From Octopus sinensis (lineage: Eukaryota), in NCBI RefSeq assembly GCF_006345805.1, contig NW_021832075.1:1-38284 (forward strand): a DNA stretch of 38,284 nt, given 5' to 3'. The notes beneath the pieces were generated by a model. That model was not told the DNA's origin, searched no databases, and saw only the letters and a program-made list of their open reading frames with translations. Positions within the stretch are counted from its first letter, which is position 1, and every line of letters starts with the position of its first letter. Position numbers and translations under genes: made by a program. Positions 14,040 to 29,141 of this stretch are shown here, one piece after another.

Positions 14040-15065
14040 CAGGGGTCACCAAACTTTTGCACTCGCGGGCCGGATTGACCCCAACACAATGAACGCGGGC
14101 CGGAGCACGTGCATAGGATTATAATTTTACTAGAAATTCATAAGTGTGTTTTTTTACAATAAAAACTAATTTAAACAAAAATAAGTAAACAAAAATTTTA
14201 ATGAGAGCTATGGAACTGTGATCTTTTTTGATAAGTTCATCAATATTTGGTTTTAAATTGCTGCATCCTATCATGAGAATTGATTTTAAGTGTCCGTCAG
14301 TCAATCTTGCACGATGGGCAGACTTAACATATTTCATCCTCGAAAACGTTTGCTCACATTGGTAAGTTGTGCCAAATATAGAAATCATCTTTTATATTTT
14401 TTCCAAGCTCTTCAGTTCTCCGTGACACAGAACTCGCCGACAAACTTATTCCATCAAATAAGGAAGAATTTAGTGGGCACAAACAATTAACTGCTTCAAT
14501 AATGCAATTTTTGATATACATCCCATCACTAAAGGGTTTCCCGTGTTGTGAAATAATTTTCGTTATCTCGTATCCAGCTCTTGTTACATTTTCATTATTT
14601 TCAAAATTTTTTTTTATAAGGCCTTGTTGAATTTGTAAAGTGCGTTTCAGTGATTCAACTTATCCTGACGTAGCTTTCCAGTGTACTTGGAATATATCGG
14701 AACATGATTCGTTTCATAATGACGTCGAATGTTATACTCCTTCATAACAGAGAGATTGTTCGTGGCATATTAAACAATAAGCTTTCTGCTTTAATTCATC
14801 TTTCGCAAAAAAATACTTCAATTCCCATAATTTATTGAATACACGGCATTCGCGGTCAACCTTTCTTTTCATATTAGACATAGCAACAAAGAAAAATTTA
14901 ACGTTAATGCTGATAAGTTTTTTTTTCGAATTAAATCTTGCAAATAGTTTAATTTTTTTAATTAAAGTTTTTATTTAAGTTAATTATTAAGGTATTAATT
15001 GAATATCTCGAAATAGTGCGCGGGCCGGATAAAATGTTGTCGCGGCCGTAGTTTGGTGACGTCTG
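14040..15065 (-). mobile_element. Internally deleted hAT (Charlie/SPIN-like) element, 1026 bp
   Basis: TIRs CAGGGGTCACCAAACT / CAGACGTCACCAAACT (14/16). Perfect TSD GTATAGAG at 14032-14039 and 15066-15073. Contains transposase N-terminal remnant (KRKVDRECRVF, EYNIRRHYETNH) and dimerisation-domain remnant (SIFGTTYQCEQTFSRMK). Confidence 0.93.
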
Positions 15066-15389
15066 GTATAGAGCCTTGACAAACAGCGATCATACTATTG
15101 TACTTATTATTATTAAAGCCTTGCCGCAAGATGATATCTTGCTTGAGGCAGCCACACAAGATCAAGACAGAAAGAAAACATGTTATCAAGAAACTAACTA
15201 TTCCGAACGAAGTCAAGTGTCACTGCTCTCTTTTGTCTTTTTCTTTTATGGTGTGGCTGAAGAAGACATCCGGTTCCGCAGTGAGATCACTGATGACGGC
15301 GTCACTCGTCAAGCCGGGTTGCATATAATATGCACTATTGTAGTTAGCACATTAAATCTAAGAAAACTTTACTGAATTTTACATAGATA

Positions 15390-16130
15390 TCATGCACAGG
15401 CTAGAAAAACACAAAGGATTAGGAGGAAGAACTAATAAATAATGCTAAACTCATCATGAAATAACTAGGAGCGCTTGGATCATTATATTTCCAATATTCT
15501 CATGGATGGCTTACCACACATAATATAGAAAAGAAGTTCAGAAGTTATAATAAAGGCTGCCAAAGAAACTGTTGAGATTCACGAAACTAAATGAAGGTAC
15601 AAATGAGCTCAATTACTAGTCAATTACGTCAACGAGATTTAAGACTTCAAAAGGAAACTTGTGATCCTAATCGGAAATCCGAATTAAGAAAACTGAGAAA
15701 CAAAATCCAACACGAAATCAAGAGGAATATGCTTCAATCCTGGTCTGAATTATTGAAATAGCGCATAATAAAAGTAAAGAGGCTACAATCAGGTACAAAA
15801 ATGTTTATGGCTATGCGCTTACTCAAACGAGGGTTGGCTAATCTAAAAATTCAAAATGAGTCTGGTCATTTTATATTGGACGTTATTTGCTCGACTGAAC
15901 TTATAGCCCAACTCTTTAGGAATCAGTTCAATCGGAGGACACTTTACCGCTCTGACAAGTCAAAAAACAGCCTCGTTTACTGAACAATATAATCACAAAT
16001 TCCGACATTTGTGGAGCAATGCTTCGACTGAGTAATAACAGAGAAGCTGGTAAGATCAATGAGGTCAATTTGAAACCGCTCATTTGGAACAGAAACAGAA
16101 AATGATTAGTTTCATCCTCGGTTTAAATTA
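15390..16130 (+). mobile_element. RTE-like LINE fragment related to 4850-7380
   Basis: KMFMAMRLLKR...TELIAQLFRNQF parallels KMFQAMRLLKR...AELIADHFENQF. Boundaries approximate. Confidence 0.6.
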
Positions 16131-16419
16131 TTAATAAAACAGACTTAAATTTAAGTGAAAGAGAAAACTTGCAAACATCACACACTGAAATTACTTTTCT
16201 TGTCACATAATATTTTCTTTGAACTTTCTTATTAAAAATATTAGAGAAACTTCATGTACAGTAAACAATGGTTATTTGCATAGCATGTGTCCACGGAAAA
16301 TTTTTTTTAAATAACCGATAAATCCAATTATCCGATATTTTAATAAAAATCAATAATAATAAGTAAGAAAAGAAAATAATCAAAAACGTTAAAAACCATT
16401 AATTTTGGACTGCCTGGTC

Positions 16420-16830
16420 TTCTGTCAAAGGGGTAGGACGCTTTTTCTAGTTCGTAAAATTTGTCCATATCTATCCCTAACACGGGATTACTACTGGAGA
16501 TGAATTCGTACGGATCAGTATCTGCTTGCCAGTGCCAGTTTCCAAGATGCTACCCAAGACTTCAGCAAACCGGGCTTTGCCAGTGCTGAGGCCGAAGAGT
16601 TAAAGAGGACGGAATACCTGTGTATTCCTGAATTTTTTGAATTTGTCCCCTTGCCTTCGAAACCTTAAAAATTTGTCGGCAAGACAGCGACTCAACTCCT
16701 CACTGACGTTAGTAAAAGAATCTCTTTGAAAACAAACGAGGGAGACGAGCTGAATCTTTCAGGGAATCTCGTTCTACGTGCCCCGCGGAAACTGCCATTC
16801 AATACGGAGTGCGCGTCGTTGAACTGACCC
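16420..16830 (+). mobile_element. CRE-like retrotransposon 3' fragment with internal deletion
   Basis: VRISICL, PGFASAEAEELKRTEY, FEFVP-AFET and DVSKRISLKT remnants across frameshifts. Confidence 0.55.
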
Positions 16831-16929
16831 TTAGGCTCTCACCTACTCTCTATCCACCTACCCTAGCTAGCATCTAATCTTTTTAACTATTGTTTTTTAT
16901 CAAATAATCGAGTCGATTTAAAGCAAAAA

Positions 16930-17036
16930 CCGACTGGCTCCAACGTTGAGGGAAACACGGCGAACTCAAAGCCCATTTAAAGACCTCATTTAGATAAGTA
17001 GGTCAAGGCGGACACAGTCAAAAGCTTTTGACATGT
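16930..17036 (-). mobile_element. Small RT fragment abutting a hAT terminus
   Basis: DMSKAFDCVRLDLLI motif. Left boundary uncertain. Confidence 0.45.
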
Positions 17037-17344
17037 CCGGGAGTCGGCAACCTTTTTGTGGTAAATAGCCATTTTTTACTTTTTTACCACTTTTTACTAA
17101 TTCTTCTAATTCGGTGGTTAGGTGGATAAACTTTTGATTCCATAATTCTTTACTCCTTAATTCCAGTAATTGCATTAAATTCAGAAATTTTTATTTTATA
17201 TGGTGCAAAATTTAGATCTTCTGTTTTCTCAAGAAGTAACGAACAATAAGGTAAATTTTTCTTTTCTAAAAGCATAGAATCTGGTGTAATTTTTTATTAA
17301 ATTCTGACCTGTTCTAAAATGATTTGCTTATTGATAAAAGAGTT

Positions 17345-21310
<3,966 letters not shown>

Positions 21311-21328
21311 CGTTATCAATCGATTGAT

Positions 21329-23950
21329 CCGATCCTACTTTAAGTTGTGAGACCAGCATCTTGCAGAAACAAAAGCGCCCTCCCAAGTTGCTCCCATAGG
21401 ACCTTCGGGGCGTGTATGGCAAATTTTTTACGGAGCGAAAGAAGACCATGACAGCGGAATAGATTGGCGGTTGTATGCTCATCAGCATGGCAAATGGGGC
21501 AAAAGGGGGAGATCGAGATGTCCATTTTGTGTGCATAGTGGTTTAATGAGGAGTGATGACCAGAACGGAAACGAGCCAAGTTTGTCTGAGCCAAACAGTC
21601 GAGAAGCAATTCAGAACAGTGAAAGTCAGGAGGAGATTTATTGAGGAGGAGATTTATTGAGTACAGAGTTAGGCGTCAGCTTAAGAATAGCTGATGTGGA
21701 TATCAAATTGTGAATTTCCTCATCGGGTATGGACATTGGTGCAAGCCGTCGATTTTTGCAAGGATCCGGGAATATAGATTCGCCGGGGTGTTCTTCAGTG
21801 AACGAGAATTTCCGTTTAGCACATTTAGAGCAGAACATGGATGATAGGGAATTCGAGATGCAAATAAAAATTGCGCTCCTCTCATATTTAGATGATTTTC
21901 AATTGGCAAAAGGTTTGTTTCACAGTTGAGGTTATCAATTTGGGTTGATTTCAGACACCAAGATATTGTGCGCATGGTTTTTTTTGTTTTGTACTGATTG
22001 AAGTGCCATTGTCGAGTTTATGGATAGACAGAGCGCCCGGCTTGGACTCGCATAACTTAATACGGGCCGTATGTATTGTTTGTAAACTCGTCTGAGGAGT
22101 GGCTTCTGGGCGCCTGTAATGTGACCACTTATTGCTTTTAGTATGTTTGTGCGTCTGTTTGCCTTGTCAGAAATGTTAGAGACATGCTTGTTGAAGGACA
22201 TAGTTGGATCAAAAGTAATTCCAAGGATAGTAGGGGTTTTGCATTGTGGGAGGTCAGAACCAAAGAGAGATAACTTTGGGTGAAGGTTTGATTGTTTTCT
22301 GTCGGAAGAAAATAAGGTGACCGATGATTTCGAGGGCGAAGCCTCGAGTCTGTTTTAAATGAACCAATTCTCAACGGAGTATAATTGTTGCTGGATGTTG
22401 AGAGAGGCTGATATGTAATCTGCGTGTTTAGAAGCAATGATAATGTCATCTGCGTAAGATAAAGTCAAGTTGTTTGGGTCATTAGCCGGAAAGTCATGTA
22501 AATATAAGTTGAACAGGGAAGGGGACAACACAGAACCCTGCGGTACCCCATTTGGAAGATAGCGTTGTTTTGAACAGTGGTCCATAAGGGAGACGTATCC
22601 CATTCGACCCGATAAGAAGTTTGCAAGCCAAGATTTGAGGTTTGAGTTTAGGTCTGTCTTTAAAATTTTGTTGATGAGTCCACATAGAGGGACGCTGTCA
22701 AACGACTTTGAAACATCGATTGAAACTAGTACTGTTCGTTTTGGGGGTTTCTTCTCATTGAAGCCGTCCAGCACAGATTGCGAATTTAGATTCCTCAGTT
22801 CTATAAAGGACCCGTTTCGAATTGTTACGGGTCTTTATAAGGGCGTTTACTTCGTGACTGTAACTTTGGAAGAAATTTTGTATAATTCCTTGAGGAATGA
22901 ATTTTTTTGAAGTGGAGATGATAAGTGCATTAAGATAATTGACTGCTAAATCAGTCGAACGAAAGTTGATAATGTCGAAATCATTCAATGATTTTTCTAG
23001 AGCGAGACAGTAGTCATTTCAGGAAGCTCTTTTGTAATTCGTATAACAACGCCGTTGAATGTCGATGTTGGATTTTTGGGCATTCTCAATAATAATCGGG
23101 TTGTGATCAGAATTTAAGTCGTAAATGACCTTCCAAGAAGTAACTGGGGCCAGAATTGGAGTACACAGCGGGATGTCAGGAGAAGAAATTGCGTCGCCTT
23201 TCCTTGACGGTTTTCTGATGTGAGATGAGGGATTGTTGAGGATAACTAAACCATCAAATTGGTCGAATAGTAGAGATCCTCTTGAGTTGAGAGATTGATT
23301 TTTTAGCTATATCGGGCTCTTTGCGTTCATATCACCACAAATAACGACATTGTTGAGAGACTGGAGGTTTTGAATAGAAGGGGTCCATCCATGAGGACAT
23401 GACGAGTGAGGAGGTATGTATACATTGATGAGTCTCCTGGTTGATGACCCTGTAGAGACAGTTATAGCTGTCATTTCAATCACTTGATCGTTGCCAATTA
23501 GCGAGTAAGCTTGGGAGGTACAGTTAGTGAACGGGATGGATTTTTTGATAAGAGTTAGTAGGCCACCCCCATTTACAGAGCCCGGTCTGTCCCGACGGAT
23601 GTATGAATAACCAGGGAAATCTGGCAAGCGATTTTTGGCCAAAGCTTCGTTTCTTGTACCAAAGCAATGTCCACGTCGTGCTTCTCCAGGAAGGAATAAA
23701 GTTCAGCAGTCTTCTGAGCAGGATACGTAATAGGTTCTTTTTGCTGGGGCCAGGATTTGGTTCAATGTCTCTGGAAAGTAGAAGGGTGAGTTTGATAAGC
23801 AAAGAGGTCCTTGGGAGCAACGGCTTCGCGCCTGCTCTACTGCCACCGACATCGCGGAATCGATCCGATCCGGCAGGGGAGTAGTTGTAGGTCTTTTCGT
23901 AGTATAAAACTATCACCTGTCACGGCAAGAAGGTGACCCACATCGACAGA
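21329..23950 (-). mobile_element. Degenerate Vingi/Ingi-like LINE: 2A-like peptide, APE, RT, C-terminal zinc finger; no RNase H seen
   Basis: DIEPNPGP; FPGYSYIRRDRPG...GGGLLTLIK; CGDMNAK; NSDHNPI; SIDVSKSFDSV; GVPQGSVLSPSLFNLY; YADD; LARFRSGH...CPIC-HADEHTTANLFRC. Early RT subdomains deleted near 22790. 5' boundary uncertain. Confidence 0.82.
23746..23769 (-). other. 2A-like ribosomal skipping motif DIEPNPG|P
   Basis: GAC ATT GAA CCA AAT CCT GGC CCC matches the D(V/I)ExNPGP consensus. It follows hydrophobic LLIKLTLLLSR and lies directly upstream of the APE remnant. Confidence 0.75.
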
Positions 23951-24099
23951 TTTTTCGTATAAGCCAAAGAAGTCAAGATAACTTTGGACACGTAAAAGGA
24001 ATCGATGTATGCTATGTCTTTTTTTGTCTTTTCTCAATTTTTTTATTCCGTCTTTTCTCATTTTTCATATAGTGTCGACAGTGCACGAAGTCTAACATA

Positions 24100-25330
24100 T
24101 GTTAAGACTCCAATTTGCATTTTTTTGATATTTTGAATTTTTTCTTTAAATCAGCTACTTTCTGTAACATGGACGACATCCTTTTAGTTTTCAATATTCT
24201 CAAAAAGGTCTTTTCAGTTTCGCTTATGTTGGATGCTATTTGATTTTTATTAAGGTTTTTTGTTTCAGTAGCAAAATAAATTTTTTAATTTTATTTGGAT
24301 TGTAAATATCGGCCTTCGATAATATTTCTTAAACTATGATCAAATTTACTAACGGTGTGATTGTATCCGATTTTTTTAGAAGTTTAAACAATTTTTGATC
24401 GTTTTTGTAAGTTTTGGAGATGTTTTCGATATCAAGTTTTGTGCACATTTTGGCAATTTTGAATGAAGAGTTCAAATTGAAAAATCATTCTAGTTTTACG
24501 ACTATTAGAAATGCCAACGTCCAGCATGTGAAATGACATTTTTCACTTAGGCGTTGGCCAACTAATGAAAATATTTGACATTGATAATTCTGTCGACAAA
24601 CGCAGAAAAAAAGCATATTAGTGTGTTCCAGTTTAGTCCAAAAAATTTAGTCTACTCTGTTTATTTAGTCTACTCTGTTTTAAACTGCTGTTTTAGTGCG
24701 ACTGAATATAGTTAGATATTTGATATTTAAGGCATTGTAAAATTCGGAGACCTTATGTATTTGTATAATATTGATTGAGAGTTACCAGAAAATGAACAGA
24801 CAGCTTTATCTATTGAATTGACACTCTGCGAGTAGTACAGACAAGTTCTTTGAAGAGATTTTGCTGAGGCAATTTACATGACGATTTTTTACCAAAAGAG
24901 TTTTGGACCTCCCGAAACTGTAGTACCTTAAATCGAAATTTTCAAGTTCGGATGCGTTTTTTGTTAAAAAAAATCAATTTAAAAATTTTTAATAACTAAA
25001 GAGAGATTTTCATTTTTGTGTTTTACTTGTACACACTCAGTTTTAGTTGGATTAGAAGGTTAGAAGTCTTTTGATCACCTTGAAAAAATGTTTTTCGACA
25101 TAATATACCTGGATTTAGATACCCTGAGAGTTATTTTTCTTGATGACGAAAAGCGATAATGTCTTTACGATAAATCTTAAACAGTGATTTTTGTGAAGAG
25201 AAAGAATCGAGTTTTAGAAGTAGCAACTGTGTTGAAAATTTCCTCGTTTACGAAGTTGGATTTGTTTTTTAAACGGAATAAGGAGAATAAAAACATTCCC
25301 AGTAGAAAACTTCCTAAAGATACCTAAATA
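24100..25330 (-). pseudogene. Possible highly decayed piggyBac-like transposase remnant
   Basis: Weak motifs only: SWP...SFHMLDVGISNS (about 24490-24570) and SKTRFFLF (about 25200). No TIR or TTAA ends identified. Confidence 0.3.
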
Positions 25331-25418
25331 TTTTATCATTCAAAAATACTGTTAAAGCGTTGCAGATAATAATTATTTTGATAATTATAATAATTTTTAA
25401 AAAATAATAATAATAATA

Positions 25419-26106
25419 TGTCACCGTCCAGACCGGCCGAGGCGCCAGATCGGTCAGGTCAATTATCTAAATACAAAACAAATATTTTTCCTACAAAACA
25501 TTTCATCGCAAAAAAATATTGATAATAAAAAAATAAAATCTTATTAATAAAAAAGTTATAAAAAGTTGAAAAGATTAGTATTAATCAATGGTTTTAGTTG
25601 AATTAATTCGAGACACCCTCGAAAAAATTAGGGAGTATTTGGAATCAGGCCACCTTGATGATTCCTTGAGTTCGGAAGAAAGGGCACGAATACGGAGATA
25701 TGCAAAAAAATTTAGTTTCAAGGAGAACAACACCTACATTTCTAAAAATGGCTCAAAGTTGCGTTTTTTTGTATCGAAGACACTGAACTTAAGTTAAAAT
25801 TCATTGAAGTAGTGTATTTGTTTATTTAAATTAGGCTCAACACAATCTTAATCACTTTGGACGTGATAAATTGTACAGTTTATTGACACTCATATTGTAA
25901 AATCGGGAGAAAAAATGAAAAGGCGGCGGAGAAAATGGAAATATGATGAAGCTGAAAGTGGCGATGAAAATTTAATACGCCATGATGGGGATGCAAACCC
26001 GGGTTATAGAAAATACCCATTATACGACGAGATATCTGCACAAAAATATATTGTGAAATTGACCTCTTGTTCGGAACTGATTTGGAAAAACCAAATAAAA
26101 AACTAA
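25419..26106 (+). mobile_element. Ginger-like element, family A: left TIR plus spliced integrase-derived gene remnant lacking the DDE core
   Basis: TIR TGTCACCGTCCAGA at 25419 after TAATA. Exon from 25588 (YLESG...RIRRYAKKF...LRFF, one T short in a T-run), 26-nt intron at 25809-25834, then AQHNLNHFGRDK. It then jumps to RKWKYDE...YPLYDEISAQKY. Confidence 0.7.
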
Positions 26107-26334
26107 CAAATTCTGAGGTCGTGAAAAAAAGGAAAAAAACCCTTGAAAATATTGTAAAATCGGGAGAAAAAATGAAAAGGCTGAGAAAATGGGAATATGG
26201 TGAAAAAATCAAAGGATACATATTAGCAGAGTAAAAAACTTTAACTGCAAATATTCATGGGGTTCGTTCTGTGTTTTTTCTCGTGTCATATTTACTTAAT
26301 TGTTAAATAATTTTGCCATTGTTACAAATTCGAC

Positions 26335-26390
26335 GCGGCCGAAGGCCGCATAGGGAAAAATATTCATATTGAATCATCTGGCCGTAGGCC
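26335..26390. other. Pair of GC-rich GNA-triloop mini-hairpins
   Basis: GCGGCC-GAA-GGCCGC at 26335-26349 and GGCC-GTA-GGCC at 26380-26390, in otherwise AT-rich sequence. Confidence 0.6.
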
Positions 26391-26640
26391 GGATTGTATT
26401 TTAGAGTTTTAATGATAAAAGTAGAAATTTACAACATTTTTAAAAATTAAAAATGGATTTTTCTAATAAGCTTTATTGTTGAGAATTGTTTGGCTAACCT
26501 TGGTTAAAGCGTTTTTAAATAAAATGCAAAATCAATAGGGTAATTATCTGGAAATGACTGGATGTTGGTTTTTTATGAATTCAGTAACTTCAATATTTTG
26601 ACAAAAATTATAATAATTTTTAAAAAATAATATAATAATA

Positions 26641-27112
26641 TGTCACCGTCCAGACCGGCCGAGGCGCCAGATCGGTCAGGTCAATTATCTAAATACAAAA
26701 CAAATATTTTTCCTACAAAACATTTCATCGCAAAAAAATATTGATAATAAAAAAATAAAATCTTATTAATAAAAAAGTTATAAAAAGTTGAAAAGATTAG
26801 CATTAATCAATGGTTTTAGTTGAATTAATTCGAGACACCCTCGAAAAAATTAGGGAGTATTTGGAATCAGGCACCTTGATGATTCCTTGAGTTCGGAAGA
26901 AAGGGCACGAATACGGAGATATGCAAAAAAATTTAGTTTCAAGGAGAACAACACCTACATTTCTAAAAATGGCTCAAAGTTGCGTTTGACAAAAATAATA
27001 TTAAAATCAACAAAAGAATGAACAGAAAAAGAAAATAACTTTCGAAAGGTAGTTTTTATTAAAAATTTTATACATAACCGATCTGGCGCCCCGACCTATC
27101 TGGACGGTGACA
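26641..27112. mobile_element. Non-autonomous Ginger-like element, family A, 472 bp
   Basis: 38-bp TIRs (33/38 identical) with TGT...ACA termini and TAATA on both flanks. About 26608-26987 directly repeats about 25381-25766. Confidence 0.85.
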
Positions 27113-27284
27113 TAATATTAATTTATTTGCGATTTCTAATCAAAATTGGTCCCTTATGATTTTAAGACGCTAAAACACGATATCGCCAATACAAATACAA
27201 AGAAATGATAAAAAGTTTAAATGAAGACTAAAGAAATTAACTTAAAAGATGACCGAGAGAATTAGAAGAATAAGCAAAATAATA

Positions 27285-28585
27285 TGTCACATGCCCCATG
27301 CGTTACCATGCCTGACGGGTTACCATTGCTCTAAATTTTTAAAATTTCAATTAAAAATATTTAGATGATTGAAATATATTTACTTATTAATTTAAAAATT
27401 AACTGATTAATGAGAAATTAAAAGTTAGATTAATTAAATTTTTCAATTTACTGGTCTTGGGCCTCCCTGAACAGCACCATCATCTTTCGTGATCCTCTTG
27501 CTATTATTTTGTCCTTCCTCAGAGTATTCGTTTTCTGTCACCTCATCATGTCTCCTCTTCATCGAGTTAGCTCCCCTTTGGTGAGTGTTCCACACTGCAT
27601 AATCTTTGTTGAGAATCAATGCTTTAGTCATTACGTCTTCGAAACCATGTTTATATTCTACGAACATTCCTTCAAACGTCTTCTTTAATGCAATCGTTTG
27701 GATGTATGCCAAAACACTGTCTTTAATGCCAATCAAATCCATGAATATTTTAAAATACTTGGAGGTGATGACAATCGGAAGTATTTTTACTTTGGCTTTG
27801 TAAATGATTTCTAATTCACTTGCCAGGATATCATATTTATGAAGTTTTTCAACTTCAACTGCTTTTAAATTATCCACACACGTCACTCCAATCTCTATTA
27901 GCCATATGTGGTTTAATTTTTTGTCGTATAGGAAAATGTCCGGCTTGTTATATTGAATTTTTGATTCGGTAGGGATAGTAGTGTCAACTCGTAATTCAGC
28001 ACGATCATTAGTAATTACACTTTGGATAGAGTGAGTCTTTAACCTTTTTGATTTTTTGAATCCAAATTTTCTGCATAGGTGCATGTGTATGCATTTAACA
28101 ATTTCGTTATGTCGCCTTGTATAATCGGATTGAAAAAATTTGAAAGTGGTTATGGTGATACTGCCACGATCAAATCAATCTTACCTAATAACCGCGTTTA
28201 TGTAGAATTTTCGAATGGAGATACAAAGATAGTTCACATGAAAAGAACCAAAAAAAGACACAATAATTAATTTTAAATTTTATTTTACGTTTTAAACTTC
28301 AGATCTATATATGATTTTAAAGTAAAAACTGGATAGAGTTTGAGTTTTTTATAAGAGATCTACTGATGATTTTAAAACTAAAAACTGGATAGAGTTTTAG
28401 TTATTTATAAAACTATCGAATTATGTGGCTTTAAAGCTTTTCACACAATTCACATCATTTAAAATATGTTTTAATGTCCTTATCAGTCAAAATTTTCTAA
28501 AAAATAAAAAATCATTAATCAATTATTTCTCAGAGGTAACTCAGAGGTAACGAGTCAGGCATAGTAATCGCTGAGGCATGTGACA
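27285..28585. mobile_element. Ginger-like element, family B, 1301 bp, carrying a LINE fragment
   Basis: About 40-bp imperfect TIRs TGTCACATGCC...GTTACC. TAATA at 27280-27284 and 28586-28590. Integrase C-terminal-like remnant FESGYGDTATIKSILPNNRVYVEF at about 28130-28270 (+). Confidence 0.82.
27443..28084 (-). mobile_element. 3' part of an R2/R4-type non-LTR retrotransposon ORF (restriction-like endonuclease)
   Basis: 213-aa ORF with NKPDIFLYDK...LIEIG...EKLHKYDILASEL, a PD-(D/E)xK-like arrangement. Confidence 0.8.
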
Positions 28586-28984
28586 TAATAATTTATAATT
28601 CTGGAAATGGCAGAAGAAAATGAGGTGGAAAACCTGATTTTTTAATTGGACTTTTAAGTTGAGGAATTTAAAGCATTTGAACAGTAATATTGTCGTTAAA
28701 CTAATTTTATTCTGGACTAAAAGTCGGCAAATATTTTCGGAGAAAAGCCAATTTTTGATATTCTCAGAAATTTTGACAAATCAAAAAGACACCTTTTACC
28801 ACCTGTCTAAATCAAAAATTCAATAATAATTAAGAATTCATTTAAAAAATAAAATTTACGAGTCTCATTAATGAGAAATGTGATTCCTTAATTTTTTAGA
28901 GAGTTGTCTAATGTTTAGGACGCAACTAGTCAATTTTAATCTGAGATTTGATTTTAAATTTAGTCTGTAATTTTGTTTTTTAAG

Positions 28985-29030
28985 TGTCACCGGTTTTTGC
29001 CTGGACCCGGCATCTGCTCGGACCGCAAAC
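28985..29030 (+). repeat. Candidate left TIR of a third Ginger-like element (family C)
   Basis: TGTCACCGG start shares TGTCAC with the other two families and lies about 160 bp upstream of the 29142 gene. No partner TIR found. Confidence 0.5.
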
Positions 29031-29141
29031 GTATTCTCAAAAAAAATATAGAAAATAGTTTATTAACAGTCATAAATACATATTTATTAATTATTTTTAA
29101 AAAGAATATTACTTTTATAAAATTAAATTGGCACGTGAAAA

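Noticed and set aside
23800-23960. HDV-like ribozyme at the 5' end of the Ingi-like element
   Set aside because: Known for some Ingi-clade elements, and short stems exist here, but I could not fit P1/P2/P3/L3 and J4/2 by eye. It needs a structure-descriptor search.
26641-28585. Solo LTR interpretation of the TG...CA elements with 5-bp TSDs
   Set aside because: Long inverted termini and intron-containing integrase remnants without gag or RT fit Ginger-type DNA transposons better.
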